Origin: Alphaproteobacteria bacterium
GTDB taxonomy: Bacteria > Pseudomonadota > Alphaproteobacteria > SHVV01
Reading direction: 5' to 3'
Assembly (NCBI GenBank): GCA_965261735.1
Contig: OZ253470.1
Coordinates: 1,600,001-1,664,000, forward strand
Length of the DNA: 64,000 nucleotides
Translations under genes and position numbers: made by a program
In this document: piece after piece, positions 1 through 11,118 of the stretch
Layout: each line of letters opens with the position of its first letter
Position numbering within the stretch: the first letter of the stretch is position 1
The notes under the pieces: model-generated
The model's input: only the letters and a program-made list of their open reading frames with translations
Told to the model about the DNA's origin: nothing
Database searches by the model: none

Positions 1-864
<864 letters not shown>

Positions 865-884
865 TCAGCGACAAGCCCAAAGTG

Positions 885-932
885 AGAAATTTTGGGTCGT
901 TACAAATGGGAAATTTACGGTCGCTACCAACA
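885..932 (-). mobile_element. IS21-family left end
   Basis: Minus strand reads TGTTGGTAGCGACCGTAAATTTCCCATTTGTAACGACCCAAAATTTCTCA: TGT terminus with an internal repeat, upstream of istA. Confidence 0.75.
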
Positions 933-1002
933 CAGGCGGGTTTTTTGGATCTTCGGACCGGCGGATAAAGGCCATTCCGATCTGAGGGTCTCGGATGCTG
1001 CG

Positions 1003-1140
1003 CTATTCCGCTGCGTCGAGGTCTCGGTCGATGCTGTCTCCGATGCGCGCGGCGGAAGCCTTGACGGTGTCGCGGGCAAGATGGGCGTAACGGGCGGCCG
1101 TCTAGACCTGCGTGTGTCCCAGCAATTTGCCAATCATGGG
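1003..1140 (-). pseudogene. Tyrosine integrase C-terminal remnant
   Basis: PMIGKLLGHTQV*TAARYAHLARDTVKASAARIGDSI, close to the C-terminus of the integrase at 50998-52224; in-frame stop; cut at 1141. Confidence 0.8.
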
Positions 1141-1232
1141 TGTTGACCGGCGTCGAATGTTGACCCCTCATAGTCACGTAATATCAAAACATTAGCGCGC
1201 CGATCGGCGTCGAATGGGCGCGCCGATCAACA
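1141..1232. mobile_element. 92-bp IS21-end-derived miniature element
   Basis: TGTTGACCGGCG...CGCCGATCAACA terminal inverted repeats (11/12 match), internal CGGCGTCGAATG repeats; same motif as the IS21-type end at 5261. Confidence 0.7.
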
Positions 1233-1253
1233 GCCGGGAGGAGGCGGTTCCCC

Positions 1254-2279
1254 ATGTTCGAGAAACTGGGGTTCGAGGAACTGACACCGATCACAGCCTC
1301 GGTCGTGCTGGGTCTGGTGCTTGGCTGCGCCTATGGCGCCTTGGCGCAGCGCAGCGCTCTCTGCCTGCGCCGCGGCCTGGTCGGACGGTGGAGCGATTGT
1401 CTGCCGGCGCTGGGCGCCTGGGCGATGGCACTGGCGTGTGCGATTGCCGGAACCCGGCTGGCCGTTGCCACCGACCTGATCTCCTTCGAGGCGCACCGAT
1501 TTCTCGCGTCCGACGTGCCGGTCGCTTCCGCGCTGTTGGGCGGCGCGCTATTCGGCGCCGGAATGGTGCTGACGGGAGGCTGCGTTTCGCGCCTTACGGT
1601 GCTGCTCGGCACAGGTAATTTGCGCGCCCTGTTCGTCCTGCTCGTCTTCGCCGTCACCGCCCATGCGGTGATGAAAGGTGCGTTGGCGCCAGTGCGTGAG
1701 GCGCTCGGCGCCGCAACCATTCATGGTGGAGAGGCAACAGCGCTCACGGTACTGCCCGGCGGCGAGGTCTGGCCGCTCGTCCTTGCGGCCGCAGCAGCAA
1801 CTCTTGCCTTCTTCTCCGGCGCTCGAATCTCCCATCTGGCAATGACGGGCGCGATCGGGTTGCTGGTACCGCTTGGCTGGATCGGCACGGGGTTTCTGCT
1901 GCTGGACGATTTCGACCCGATTCCCGTGCAGTCGATGGGCTTCACGGGACCGATGGCCGACACGCTGTTCTGGACCGTGGCGGCGACGTCGATTCCGGCC
2001 GGCTTCGGCACAGGCCTTGCTGCGGGCGTCTTAGTCGGCAGCTTGGTCGCGGCTCTGGCGGCCGGCGAGTTCCGCTGGCAGAGCCTGGAAGGGCCGCGGC
2101 AGACCGGGCGCTACCTTGCCGGCGCCGTGATGATGGGCGTGGGCGGCGTGCTGGCGGGCGGCTGCACTGTCGGCGCCGGACTTTCCGGCGTTTCGACGGC
2201 AAGTTTCGCCGCCTTGCTCGCGCTCGCCGCAATGGCGGCTTCGGCGAGAGCCGTCGGGGTGCTCCTCGCCGCTCGGTAG
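1254..2279 (+). CDS. YeeE/YedE (SoxT/TsuA-like) sulfur-compound transporter
   Basis: Very hydrophobic 341 aa; RSALCLR, LFGAGMVLTGGC and MMGVGGVLAGGCTVGAG motifs; GGAGG RBS; adjacent to sox genes. Confidence 0.88.
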   Translation: MFEKLGFEELTPITASVVLGLVLGCAYGALAQRSALCLRRGLVGRWSDCLPALGAWAMALACAIAGTRLAVATDLISFEAHRFLASDVPVASALLGGALFGAGMVLTGGCVSRLTVLLGTGNLRALFVLLVFAVTAHAVMKGALAPVREALGAATIHGGEATALTVLPGGEVWPLVLAAAAATLAFFSGARISHLAMTGAIGLLVPLGWIGTGFLLLDDFDPIPVQSMGFTGPMADTLFWTVAATSIPAGFGTGLAAGVLVGSLVAALAAGEFRWQSLEGPRQTGRYLAGAVMMGVGGVLAGGCTVGAGLSGVSTASFAALLALAAMAASARAVGVLLAAR

Positions 2280-2333
2280 CGCGGTGCAGCCGCTACAGCG
2301 CTTTCGACCGGAGCGGAAACCTTGTCCCCGGGA

Positions 2334-3641
2334 TCAGCTAAACATGTCCCCGGTAATGGCGGCGTACCAGCCGAGCGACTCCTCATAGGTCGCCTTGCGC
2401 AGCTCCGCGCTTTCCCCGGTCTGGGAAATGAAGCCGTCGGTCTTGGCGATCTTCTCGTCGGTCGCTTCGTAGGAGGCACCGACCTTGACGCCGTCATCGG
2501 TGCCGATGAGCGACCAGCACGTGTTGGAGTAGCGCGGTGGGAACACCGTGGATCCGGTGAGCGCCCCGCGCACCGCCATGGCGCAGACCTTCGCCTGACT
2601 GTTGGCCGAGAAGCCCGACTTCGGCATATCGCCCTGCAGCGCCGCGTCGCCCAGCACATAGATATTGGCGTCCGCCCGGCTCTGCATGGTGTGCGGCACG
2701 ATCGGCGCCCAGCCGGAGTCGTCGGTGATGTCCGCAAGGGCTGCGATGCGTCCCGCCCGCTGCGCGGGGATGACGTTGCAGACATCCACCTTCATCGCCT
2801 CGCCGTCCACCACGACTTCCATGGTGTCGGGCCGCACCTCGACCTTATCGCCGCCGAAGTCCGGCCCGATGCGCTCGACCATGCCGGGGTAGTGGCGCTG
2901 CCAGCCGTCCTCGAACAACCCTTGCTTGGAGAACTTCTCCTTGGGGTCGACGATCAGGATCTTCGCCGTCGGATTGGCCTGTTTCAGAACATGGGCCACC
3001 ATCGAGATGCGCTCATAGGGCCCCGGCGGGCAGCGGAAGGGGTTCGGCGGCGCCACCATGCAATAAGTGCCGCCTTGCGGCAGGGCCTCGATCTGCGCCT
3101 TGAGAAGCTGGGTTTGCGAGCCGGCCTTGTAAGCGTGCGGCATGCGGTTCTGCTGCGACAGGTCCCATCCGGGAACGGACCCCGGCCGGAAGTCGATGCC
3201 CGGCGACAGGACGAGGCGGTCGTAAGCGAGGCTGGCCCCGCCCGCGAGCCCCACGCTCCGCTTGTCGCGGTCGATGGAGACCGCCCAGTCGTGCACGACG
3301 TTGATCCCATGCCGTGCGGCGAGGGCGCCGTAACTGTGACCGATTGAAGCGAATTCGCGGAAGCCGCCCAGATAGAGGTTCGAGAAGAAGCAGGTGTAGT
3401 AGGCTCGGCTCGGCTCCACGAGCGTTACATCCACAGCGCCCTTCGAATCCTTGGCGATATAGCGTGCCGCCGTCGTACCACCCGCGCCGCCGCCCACGAC
3501 CACGACGCGCGGGCGCCCCTGTGCGAGCACCGTCGGCGCCCAGAGCGCCGTCGTCGCCACGGCCGCTGACGCAAGGAAATGCCGTCGGCTCAGGCCGCCT
3601 TTTCTGTTTCGCTGGTTCATGACGTGTTTCCCTTGGTTCAC
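2334..3641 (-). CDS. soxF: Flavocytochrome c sulfide dehydrogenase flavoprotein (SoxF/FccB)
   Basis: Tat signal SRRHFL, GGGAGG FAD motif, YYTCFFSN, FRCPPGPYER, MPKSGFSANSQAK, NTCWS; start may be ATG at 3620. Confidence 0.93.
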   Translation of the reverse strand: MNQGKHVMNQRNRKGGLSRRHFLASAAVATTALWAPTVLAQGRPRVVVVGGGAGGTTAARYIAKDSKGAVDVTLVEPSRAYYTCFFSNLYLGGFREFASIGHSYGALAARHGINVVHDWAVSIDRDKRSVGLAGGASLAYDRLVLSPGIDFRPGSVPGWDLSQQNRMPHAYKAGSQTQLLKAQIEALPQGGTYCMVAPPNPFRCPPGPYERISMVAHVLKQANPTAKILIVDPKEKFSKQGLFEDGWQRHYPGMVERIGPDFGGDKVEVRPDTMEVVVDGEAMKVDVCNVIPAQRAGRIAALADITDDSGWAPIVPHTMQSRADANIYVLGDAALQGDMPKSGFSANSQAKVCAMAVRGALTGSTVFPPRYSNTCWSLIGTDDGVKVGASYEATDEKIAKTDGFISQTGESAELRKATYEESLGWYAAITGDMFS

Positions 3642-4399
3642 GGGTCGTCTTCCGCCCTCTGGAAGTGCGCGGCGAGAGCGGCGATCTCCTCGTCCGACAA
3701 GCGCCCGGCTACAAGCTGCATGATGGGATGGACCCTCTTTCCGCGCTTGTAGGCGTGCAATGCTATCACGAAGTCATCAGGTGGCCATCCCACGATTGAG
3801 GGGATTCCCTCGTCCGCCGCGTCGCTCTGGTGGCAGATGGTGCATTCGCCCGCGAGATAGGCGCCGTACTCGGGGTCACCCCGGATGGTGAGGAGCTGAG
3901 GGTCGAGGCCGTATTCCTCGGGCGTGGCGGTCGGCTCCGCCGGCGAAAGATCAGGGCGGGTGCCGGAGAAGCCGCGCAGCCATGCCAGCAGGTCCGTTCT
4001 GTCGTTCGTTCCCGGCATGCCGTCGAAACTCATGCGCGAGCGAGGCACGAGAGCGGGCGGGTCGGAGAGAAATGCGTCGAGGGTCGTCGCGGTCCAGACG
4101 AGGCCGCCGGACCCGGCAGCCTTCATCGCTGCGGAATAGCGAAAATCCGCGAGCGAGCCGGCCGCGCGACCGAAGACATCGTTGAGCTGCGGCCCGATCC
4201 GATGCTCCGCGCCGCCGCCCACCTGATGGCAGCGTTTGCATTGGCCGAAGAGCGCCTTGCCGAGCTCGTCATCGGCGCTCCATGCGCTGTTGGCCGGGAG
4301 AATCAGCAGCAGTGCCGCGGCGAGCAGCCCGAAGGCGAGACATGCCGCAAGGCCGGCCGGCCGGGATCGGTGTCGCCCGAAGGCTCTAGTCGACCTCAA
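3638..4399 (-). CDS. soxE: Di-heme cytochrome c (SoxE-like)
   Basis: Two CxxCH motifs (CKRCH, CTICH); TTG at 4399 yields a clean signal peptide MRSTRAF...SAWSA overlapping the soxZ stop; 4-bp overlap with soxF. Confidence 0.85.
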   Translation of the reverse strand: MRSTRAFGRHRSRPAGLAACLAFGLLAAALLLILPANSAWSADDELGKALFGQCKRCHQVGGGAEHRIGPQLNDVFGRAAGSLADFRYSAAMKAAGSGGLVWTATTLDAFLSDPPALVPRSRMSFDGMPGTNDRTDLLAWLRGFSGTRPDLSPAEPTATPEEYGLDPQLLTIRGDPEYGAYLAGECTICHQSDAADEGIPSIVGWPPDDFVIALHAYKRGKRVHPIMQLVAGRLSDEEIAALAAHFQRAEDDP

Positions 4400-4712
4400 T
4401 CCGTTTGCTGAGGTTGTACACGGAGCCGTCATCGTCGATCCATTGGAACTCCAGAAGGCCCGACTTCGGGACGGCCATCTCGAACTGGATGTAGGGATCG
4501 GCCGAGACCGCCGGTTCCAGATCGACAGAAATCGCCACCTCGCCGTTATAGCTTACCACGAAGCGGTTGATGATCTGGCGGGGCACGAGCTCGCCCTCGC
4601 TGTCGTGGCGCTGCCCCGTATGCATCGGATGGGTGATCCGGGTCTTGACCGTGAAGGGAACGCCCGCCGCCACCGACTTCGGCAGCTTCACGCGCGGCTT
4701 GGGTTCCGCCAT
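4386..4712 (-). CDS. soxZ: Sulfur carrier subunit SoxZ
   Basis: KTRITHPMHTGQRHD...PRQIINRF...AVSADPYIQF...WIDDDG. Confidence 0.92.
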   Translation of the reverse strand: MAEPKPRVKLPKSVAAGVPFTVKTRITHPMHTGQRHDSEGELVPRQIINRFVVSYNGEVAISVDLEPAVSADPYIQFEMAVPKSGLLEFQWIDDDGSVYNLSKRIEVD

Positions 4713-4722
4713 CGCCCGCTCC

Positions 4723-5142
4723 TCAGCCGCAGCCGCCGACCGTCACCGCAATCTTCTGGGAGGCCTGGCGGAACGTGCCGTCCGCCATCTCCGCCACCGC
4801 ATACACGTTCTGGCTCCCGGCAAGCCGGATGCGGATCGTGGCTTCTGGTGGCACCAGCCTCCCGAACTTGAAAACGGCGACGCCCGGATTCGGGTTTCCG
4901 TCGTTGAAGAGCGCGATGCGCCTGGCGCCCTCGGCAACGACCCGGATCGGCACAGCGCCGCCGTTGTCGAAGATCTCCGGCGCATCGAGAAGCACACCGC
5001 CTTCCAGGCGCAATGCGCCCCCTGTGAATTCATCGATGGCCTGCCAAACGCCGTTCGAGGCCTCGGCCGTACCGGCAGGAAGCAGCGCGGCCGCGGTGGC
5101 GGAGGCACCGAGCAGCAATACATCCCTGCGTGTTGGAGCCAT
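4723..5142 (-). CDS. soxY: Sulfur carrier subunit SoxY
   Basis: ATG 5142 with GGAGGAG RBS, Tat-like TRRDVL, APEIFDNGGAVP, TIRIRLAGSQ, C-terminal swinging arm VTVGGCG. Confidence 0.92.
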   Translation of the reverse strand: MAPTRRDVLLLGASATAAALLPAGTAEASNGVWQAIDEFTGGALRLEGGVLLDAPEIFDNGGAVPIRVVAEGARRIALFNDGNPNPGVAVFKFGRLVPPEATIRIRLAGSQNVYAVAEMADGTFRQASQKIAVTVGGCG

Positions 5143-5260
5143 GACACGGCCTCCTCCCGCTCGCCAGGCAACTAGCGATATTGCTCCCCGTGGCGGGCCC
5201 GTCAAGCCCCCCGTTGCGCGCGTATCGGTAACACAAGATATGTCCGGTCCATGTACCAGA

Positions 5261-5315
5261 TGTTGATCGGCGTGGAACATTGACCCCCTATCGGGGGTGA
5301 TCGGCGTCCAATATT
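5261..5315 (+). mobile_element. Isolated IS21-family end
   Basis: TGTTGATCGGCGTGGAACATTGACCCCCTATCGGGGGTGATCGGCGTCCAATATTG with repeated GATCGGCGT; cut by an ISL3 end. Confidence 0.7.
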
Positions 5316-5526
5316 GGGTCTGACTCACTTTCGATGACGTTTCGTCATGCAGCGGCGACGAGGCGTGCTCGCAGCAGGTCGAGGTTGGCGCGTCCATACA
5401 TCTGGCGCTTGAGGGCCTTCAGCATGTTGATCTGGCCTTCTGTTTGCCCGTTGGACCACGGCTCGCGAAGGGCAGCTAGAACGGCATGCTTGTCGGCGTT
5501 CAGACCACGGGCGAGGGATGCGAGAA
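5316..5526 (-). pseudogene. ISL3-family transposase 3' remnant with right end
   Basis: LLASLARGLNADKHAVLAALREPWSNGQTEGQINMLKALKRQMYGRANLDLLRARL*, then AAAGTGAGTCAGACCC terminus. Confidence 0.8.
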
Positions 5527-6615
5527 GGCTTTGGTGCATGGACCTGAGGATTAGTATATCTGGCTCCGCTTCCGTCTTTGAGAGTTTGTCATGCCTTTCA
5601 AGTTCCACGCATCGCGTCGCCACCATATCCCCAGAGCCAAGTACCGGGTCATGAACTGGCCGGATTATGACCGTGGTTTGGTTCGGCGCGGCGACATTCG
5701 TTTCTGGATTGATGAGAGCGCTCTGGAGCAATGGGACGCAGCCAAGCGGCGAACTCCTGGTGGCCAGCGGCGGTTTTCAGAGTTGGCGATTTCCACGACA
5801 CTGATGCTGGGGGTGGTCTTCAGACTGCCGCTGCGCGAGACGGAAGGCTTTGTGCGTTCCCTCGTGGACTTGATGGGGTGCGATCTGCCGGTGCCGGATC
5901 ACACCACGCTGTCGCGGCGGCGGCGAACGGTGGATGTCGTTGTGGAAACCAGCACGAACAAGCGGTCTACGGATATCGTGCTGGATTCCACGGGCCTGAA
6001 ATTCTTTAGCGCTGGCGAGTGGGCTCGCGCCAAGCACGGTGAAACGCGGCGCTCGTGGCGCAAGCTGCATATCTCGGTTGACCCGGCCAGCAGCGAGATC
6101 CGGACGCATGAACTGACCGGTGACGACACGGCCGATGCGACGATGGCGGGACCGCTGGTCGCCGGTTCCGGTGGGATGATCCGGCGCGTGTTTGCCGACG
6201 GCGCCTATGACGGGGAGCCCGTGACAAAAGCGATCCGAGAAGCTCGGCCACCGAATTCACCACCTGAAATCATCATCCCGCCACGCGCCACATCCATTCC
6301 TCCCCCGGACACGCCTCATGGCGGATCGGAACGGGAGCACCATGCGGCGGAGATCGCGTCGAAGGGAAGGATGAACTGGCAGAAACGACAGGGCTACGGA
6401 TTGAGAGCGCTTGGCGAAACAGCCATGGCTCGCGTCAAGAGGCTCAACGGCGGCAAGCTCAACGCTCGCACATTCCAATACCAACAAACCGAAATCGCCA
6501 TGCAGATCGACGTACTCAATCGCTCTATCCGTGCGGCGAAACCAAACACAATCAGGATCCGCTAACCAACCGGGGAATGGGCGATCACACCATTGCGGCT
6601 CCATGCACCAAAGCC
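5527..6615 (+). mobile_element. IS5-family (IS903 group) element
   Basis: Perfect 16-bp IR GGCTTTGGTGCATGGA / TCCATGCACCAAAGCC; no TSD seen. Confidence 0.9.
5591..6565 (+). CDS. IS903-group DDE transposase
   Basis: YRVMNWPDYDRGLVRRGDI, VPDHTTLSRR, LDSTGLKF, RSWRKLH, ADGAYD, GYGLRALGETAM. Confidence 0.92.
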   Translation: MPFKFHASRRHHIPRAKYRVMNWPDYDRGLVRRGDIRFWIDESALEQWDAAKRRTPGGQRRFSELAISTTLMLGVVFRLPLRETEGFVRSLVDLMGCDLPVPDHTTLSRRRRTVDVVVETSTNKRSTDIVLDSTGLKFFSAGEWARAKHGETRRSWRKLHISVDPASSEIRTHELTGDDTADATMAGPLVAGSGGMIRRVFADGAYDGEPVTKAIREARPPNSPPEIIIPPRATSIPPPDTPHGGSEREHHAAEIASKGRMNWQKRQGYGLRALGETAMARVKRLNGGKLNARTFQYQQTEIAMQIDVLNRSIRAAKPNTIRIR

Positions 6616-7118
6616 TCTCCTACGCCTTCGGCGAAGATGTCCTTGTTGGCGTATTTGAACCTTTCGCCCGCTTGAACCTTAATTGATTTCGTCCCTGGCT
6701 CCGTGCCCGCAATGACCTTGGCATACCGATTCCAATCCTCTTCCCTATATCCCCCGTAATTGCTGAAATCCGGCTTTTTCTTCTTTGCACCAGAGTCCCA
6801 GAAATGCAACACCATAAAATGGTCTATGAGTGCATTGAAGCCGTCGAGGTGATCCATATCAGGGTGAGAGAGGATGAAACGCCAAATCTCTTGGTGCCCC
6901 AATTTGACCAGATAGTCGAGAGGGTTGGTCGGATGATCGCACATCCGAAAATTCCCCTTTGCAAGAGCAATTTCGTGTTTGGCGAGGGCTTCCATTAGCG
7001 TCCCTTGAGTCCTTGCGGTGTTTCCAGCCGATATGTCGAACACAGTTACTCGCCCAGAAAGGTGTTCGAGAATGATGCAATCGCCTTGATTGACGTTTAG
7101 AAGGTGAACTTTCGGCAT
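6616..7118 (-). pseudogene. ComEC-type metallo-beta-lactamase-fold hydrolase, 3'-truncated by IS
   Basis: HLLNVNQGDCIIL and ILSHPDMDHLDG motifs; lower GC; reads into the IS inverted repeat. Confidence 0.8.
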
Positions 7119-7141
7119 TTCCTATCTCGCTCTACTTCTTC

Positions 7142-8246
7142 CTTACCTATCCGGTTTACACCCACACCCACTAGGGCTAGGATGGGCGCAACCCGGATAT
7201 AGGGGAGCGCGCCATGGATGTTCTCGACCGCGCCGGTCTCCCATTCCCGCATTCGCTACCCGAGTTCCAGCGACTTTTCCCCGATGATGCGGCCTGCGCC
7301 GCCTACCTGGAGAAAGCCCGCTGGGGAGACGGCTTTGCCTGCCCGCACTGCGGCACGGCGGGAGAGCCGTTCCACTTTGAAAACCGCCCTGGCGTCCTGC
7401 GCTGCCGCAAGTGCCGCCAGAACACCGGGCTGACGGTGGGAACAGTGATGGAGCGTAGCCACACTCCGCTGAACGTCTGGTTCTGGGCCGCTTATCTGGT
7501 CGCCAGTCAGACGCCCGGCATGTCCGCCGTGCAGTTTCAGCGGCAACTTGGTCTTTCGCGCTACGAGACGGCCTTTCAAATTCTCCACAAGCTCCGCTCG
7601 GGCATGGTGCGGCCCAACCAAGACAGGATCGGTGGACAGCCCAAGAACCATGTTGAGGTGGACGAAACCTGGGTTGGCGGGCGAACGCGTGGGGAAGGCC
7701 GTGGTGTTCACCACAAGGTTCCCGTCTCCTGTGCCATCGAGGTGCGTCATCGAAAGCCGGGCACCAAGCTCGACAACCGGAAAGACGGACGCTATGCCGG
7801 ACGCGTTCGGCTCGCCGTCGTGCTCGACCGTAGCGCCGAGTCGCTCTGTGGGTTCGTCGAGAGCACCGTCGCGCCGCGATCGCTGATCGTTACTGACGAT
7901 TGGAGCGGCTATGCTGGCCTCGGGAAGCGCGGCTATGAGCACTTCGCTGTTGCCGAGTGTGGTGATCCAGAGGTTGCCGAGCAATACCTGCCGATCATCC
8001 ATCTGGTTTTCGCCAACCTGAAGACGTGGCTGATCGGTATCCACCACGGCGTTAGCCACCAGCACCTACAAGCCTACCTCAACGAGTTCACCTTCCGCTT
8101 CAACAGGCGGTTCTACCCGTTCAACGCCTTCCGCTCATTGCTCGGCATCGCGGGCGACACCTCTGCTCCAACCTATGCCGAGCTTTACTCGGGAGAGTGG
8201 CGGCACCCTACATGTAGCGGTCATGGGCGTTAACCGGATAGGCAAG
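7142..8246 (+). mobile_element. IS1595-family element, copy 1 (transposase 7214-8233, apparently intact)
   Basis: IR CTT(A/G)CCTATCCGGTT; Zn ribbon CPHC/CRKC, VEVDETWVGG, IVTDDWSGY, HLQAYLNEFTFRFNRR. Confidence 0.92.
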
Positions 8247-8341
8247 GTTTCTTCATGTACTGCGGGACTTATTTCCACATCCGATGCTACGACCAAAACA
8301 GTGCGCAAAAAAACGTACGCAGTAGTGCGGGGGCTGAAGTC

Positions 8342-9735
8342 GGTTGTGTCTCGAAAGTGGTGGAAATTGGTTTTGGCGCCTCTCCGAGCGGGTTGAGTTT
8401 TGCGGCGGTCAGGCTGCGCGGTCAAGGGTTTCGTCGGCGATTAGCTGATCGAGGGTTTCCCATCCATCGACTTTGCGCATCTGGATTTGGCCGGAAGCGA
8501 GGAGTGCCCAGAGGAGCATCGGCACTGTTTCGGGACACGGCAGCACGGTCTGTGTTTTGATCCGGCGCTTGAACTCCTCGTTGAGACGCTCAATGGCGTT
8601 GGTCGTTCGGGCTGATTTCCATTGGCTCTTGGACAGGCGCGTGAAGGTAAAGAGCTTGTCGCCCGCTTCTGCGAGGCTGTCCGCGACGGCCCTGCATTTC
8701 AGCCGCCACTTGCGGACAAACGCCTTGCGGCGGGTTTCCACCTCGGAGGCAGTGTCGGCATAGATCATATCGCGGTAATCTTCGCTCAGCTCGTCATGCA
8801 TGTGTTTGGGAGCATGACCCAGAAGGTTGCGGTGCTTGTGCACGGTGCAGCGTTGAACGGGAAGGTCATCGCCCCAAAGCGCCGACAGAGCCGCCTCCAG
8901 TCCCGGCGCGCCATCGACGATGACAAACCCGGGCCGTTTCAGTCCACGCGCATCAAGGTCGTCGAGGAACTGGCGCCACGCCGCCTGGCTTTCTCCGCCC
9001 ATATTCCCGATCGAAAGCAAGACCTTCTGGCCATCCCGGCGCACCCCTATAGCCGCGAGAACCGAGATGTTGGTGGCCTTGCGGTCCAGTCGGGTCTTGA
9101 TCACAGTGCCGTCAAGGATCAGCCGAACGATATCCTCATCCGCGAGGCCACGGCTGCACCAGGCGTCCCAATCGACCTTCACCTTGCGCCACGCCCGGCT
9201 CACAACGTCCTTGCTCACAGCACCCCGGAAGAGCCCGAACAGCGCGCGTTTCACCCGCCGCGTGTTGGTTCCGGACAGATACACCGAAGCGATCAGCGCC
9301 TCGGCCTTTCTGGTCAGCCGCTGGTAGCGCGGCAGCGCCCGCGAACGCCATTCCGACGCCCGACCGTCTTCCTCAACGATCCGCGCACGCGGCACGCTCA
9401 CCCTCTCGGTCCCGAATGTCCCCGTCAGTTGCCGCTCCCGGTGCCCGTTCCGATACCCTTGCCGAAGCGCGTCCTCTCGACCGTATCGGCAGCGCCCGAG
9501 AAACTGCGCAAGTTCCTCCTCAAAAACGGCCTCGATCGTGGATCTGATGTTCTCCCGCAGCCGGTCCTCGAGCGGATCATAGCCGGCGTCATTGGCCAGT
9601 AGCGAAAGCGCGGAAGTCTCGGTAGTGTTCTTCATGGCGTGATCTCCTTGGCGGTGCTAGCCGCCGATTGGGTGGTTGTCTTGTCACCCGGAGATTACGC
9701 CATCCTCAAATTTCCACCACTTTCGAGACACAGCC
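8342..9735 (-). mobile_element. IS256-family element (transposase 8409-9635)
   Basis: 27-bp IR GG(T/C)TGTGTCTCGAAAGTGGTGGAAATT; 8-bp TSD CTGAAGTC at 8334-8341 and 9736-9743; LILDGT, QRCTVHK, TTNAIERLNEEFKRR. Confidence 0.95.
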
Positions 9736-9770
9736 CTGAAGTCATCAATAGCGGTCTCAATTCAGCGAGC

Positions 9771-10151
9771 TCACAAGCTGGAATAGTTGCGGAGCCTAGC
9801 GCGGATTTCTACCTGGGGCAGCCGGCAGCGAGGATGTTCGGCGATTCGCCGGAGGCCCTCGGTCAAGGCGTCCTGGTCAAGCATCCGATTCCCATGCAGG
9901 TGATCGACCAGCCATAGGACGCCGTGGCATTCGACGTTTTCTTCGAGTGCCAGGGCGCGCAGCGAGCCGTCTCCGGAAAGCAGCGTCCACGAACGTGTCT
10001 TGGAGAGGGCGAGCGCGAAGCTGTCGGGAAGCGAAAGACTGCGCCGCGCGCGGCGGTACGCCAGCGCGAGGGTGACTCCTGCGCCATCCAGTTCTTCCAA
10101 GCGGAGCCCCAGGTCGATTAGTGTGGGCCCACCGTGATCCCTGAGTTCGCG
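9771..10151 (-). pseudogene. PIN-like domain protein, C-terminal remnant
   Basis: LSLPDSFALAL...LLSGDGSLRALA...ECHGVLWL...CRLP; 5' end replaced by IS1595. Confidence 0.65.
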
Positions 10152-10372
10152 CTTGCCTATCCGGTTAACGCCCATGACCGCTACATGTAGGGTGCCGCCA
10201 CTCTCCCGAGTAAAGCTCGGCATAGGTTGGAGCAGAGGTGTCGCCCGCGATGCCGAGCAATGAGCGGAAGGCGTTGAACGGGTAGAACCGCCTGTTGAAG
10301 CGGAAGGTGAACTCGTTGAGGTAGGCTTGTAGGTGCTGGTGGCTAACGTCGTGGTGGATACCGATCAGCCGA
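10152..10372 (-). mobile_element. IS1595 3' remnant with right IR
   Basis: Near-identical reverse complement of about 8027-8246. Confidence 0.92.
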
Positions 10373-11118
10373 TCGGCGCGCCGCCCATCTCCTGGCGCCA
10401 GTAGACCCAGGCGCCCAGGGGATCGCGGTCGCGCACGAAGGCGAGATAACCGGCGTCGGGACGGATGGTCTCGGCAATCGCCATCTGTTCGATGTAGCCG
10501 TTCCAGGCCCGGGCGGCGACAGCGCCGCCACCCTCGCGCCGGCACCGGGGACAGCCCCAGGGGTTGCGGTAGCGGACCGCCCCGTTGCCGCGCAGACGTG
10601 CGGCCAGATTTTCCGGGGCAACGCGTCCCTCGGCGTTCCGCTCGAGCGCGCAGTCCGGGCACAGGAGCGGCAGCAGGGTCTGCTTCATCAGCAGCGCGAC
10701 ATTGCCGGGCTTGGTCACCTCGGCCACGCCGACGCCCATGTCGATCAGCCGGAACAGGATGGCATTGGCCGAATGGACGTGGATCGTGGTCCACACCTGG
10801 TGGCCGGTATCGATGAACTGCATCACCTGGCGGGCGGCGTCGGCGTCGCGGATCTCGGAGACCATGCCGCTGGCCGGGTGGACCCGGCAGAAATGCATCA
10901 GCGCTTCCTTGAAATGCCCGGCCCGCTCATCGCCCAGGGCCGACGTCGGCACGGCGATCTGCACCGCGCCAGGGATGCGGTATTCGACCGGGTCCTCGAT
11001 GGTCACGAGATTGAGCTGGCCGTCGAACTCCGCCATCTGCAGGGCGAGATTGGCCGCCAGTGTGGTTGACTTGCCGTCGCCCGCGGTGCCGCCGATGAAG
11101 ACGCCGCCATGGGGCGCC
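10365..11118 (-). pseudogene. Type II/IV secretion (PilB/GspE-like) ATPase fragment
   Basis: GGVFIGGTAGDGKSTTL (Walker A), VTIEDPVEY, SEIRD, TGHQVWTTIH, CPDC...GCPRC. Confidence 0.8.

Noticed and set aside
5143-5397. Long N-terminal extension of SoxY
   Set aside because: Runs through IS ends; the RBS and Tat signal support a start at 5142
7134-8254. TSD for IS1595 copy 1 (ACTTCTTC / GTTTCTTC)
   Set aside because: Only a 6/8 match; cannot distinguish a decayed TSD from target preference
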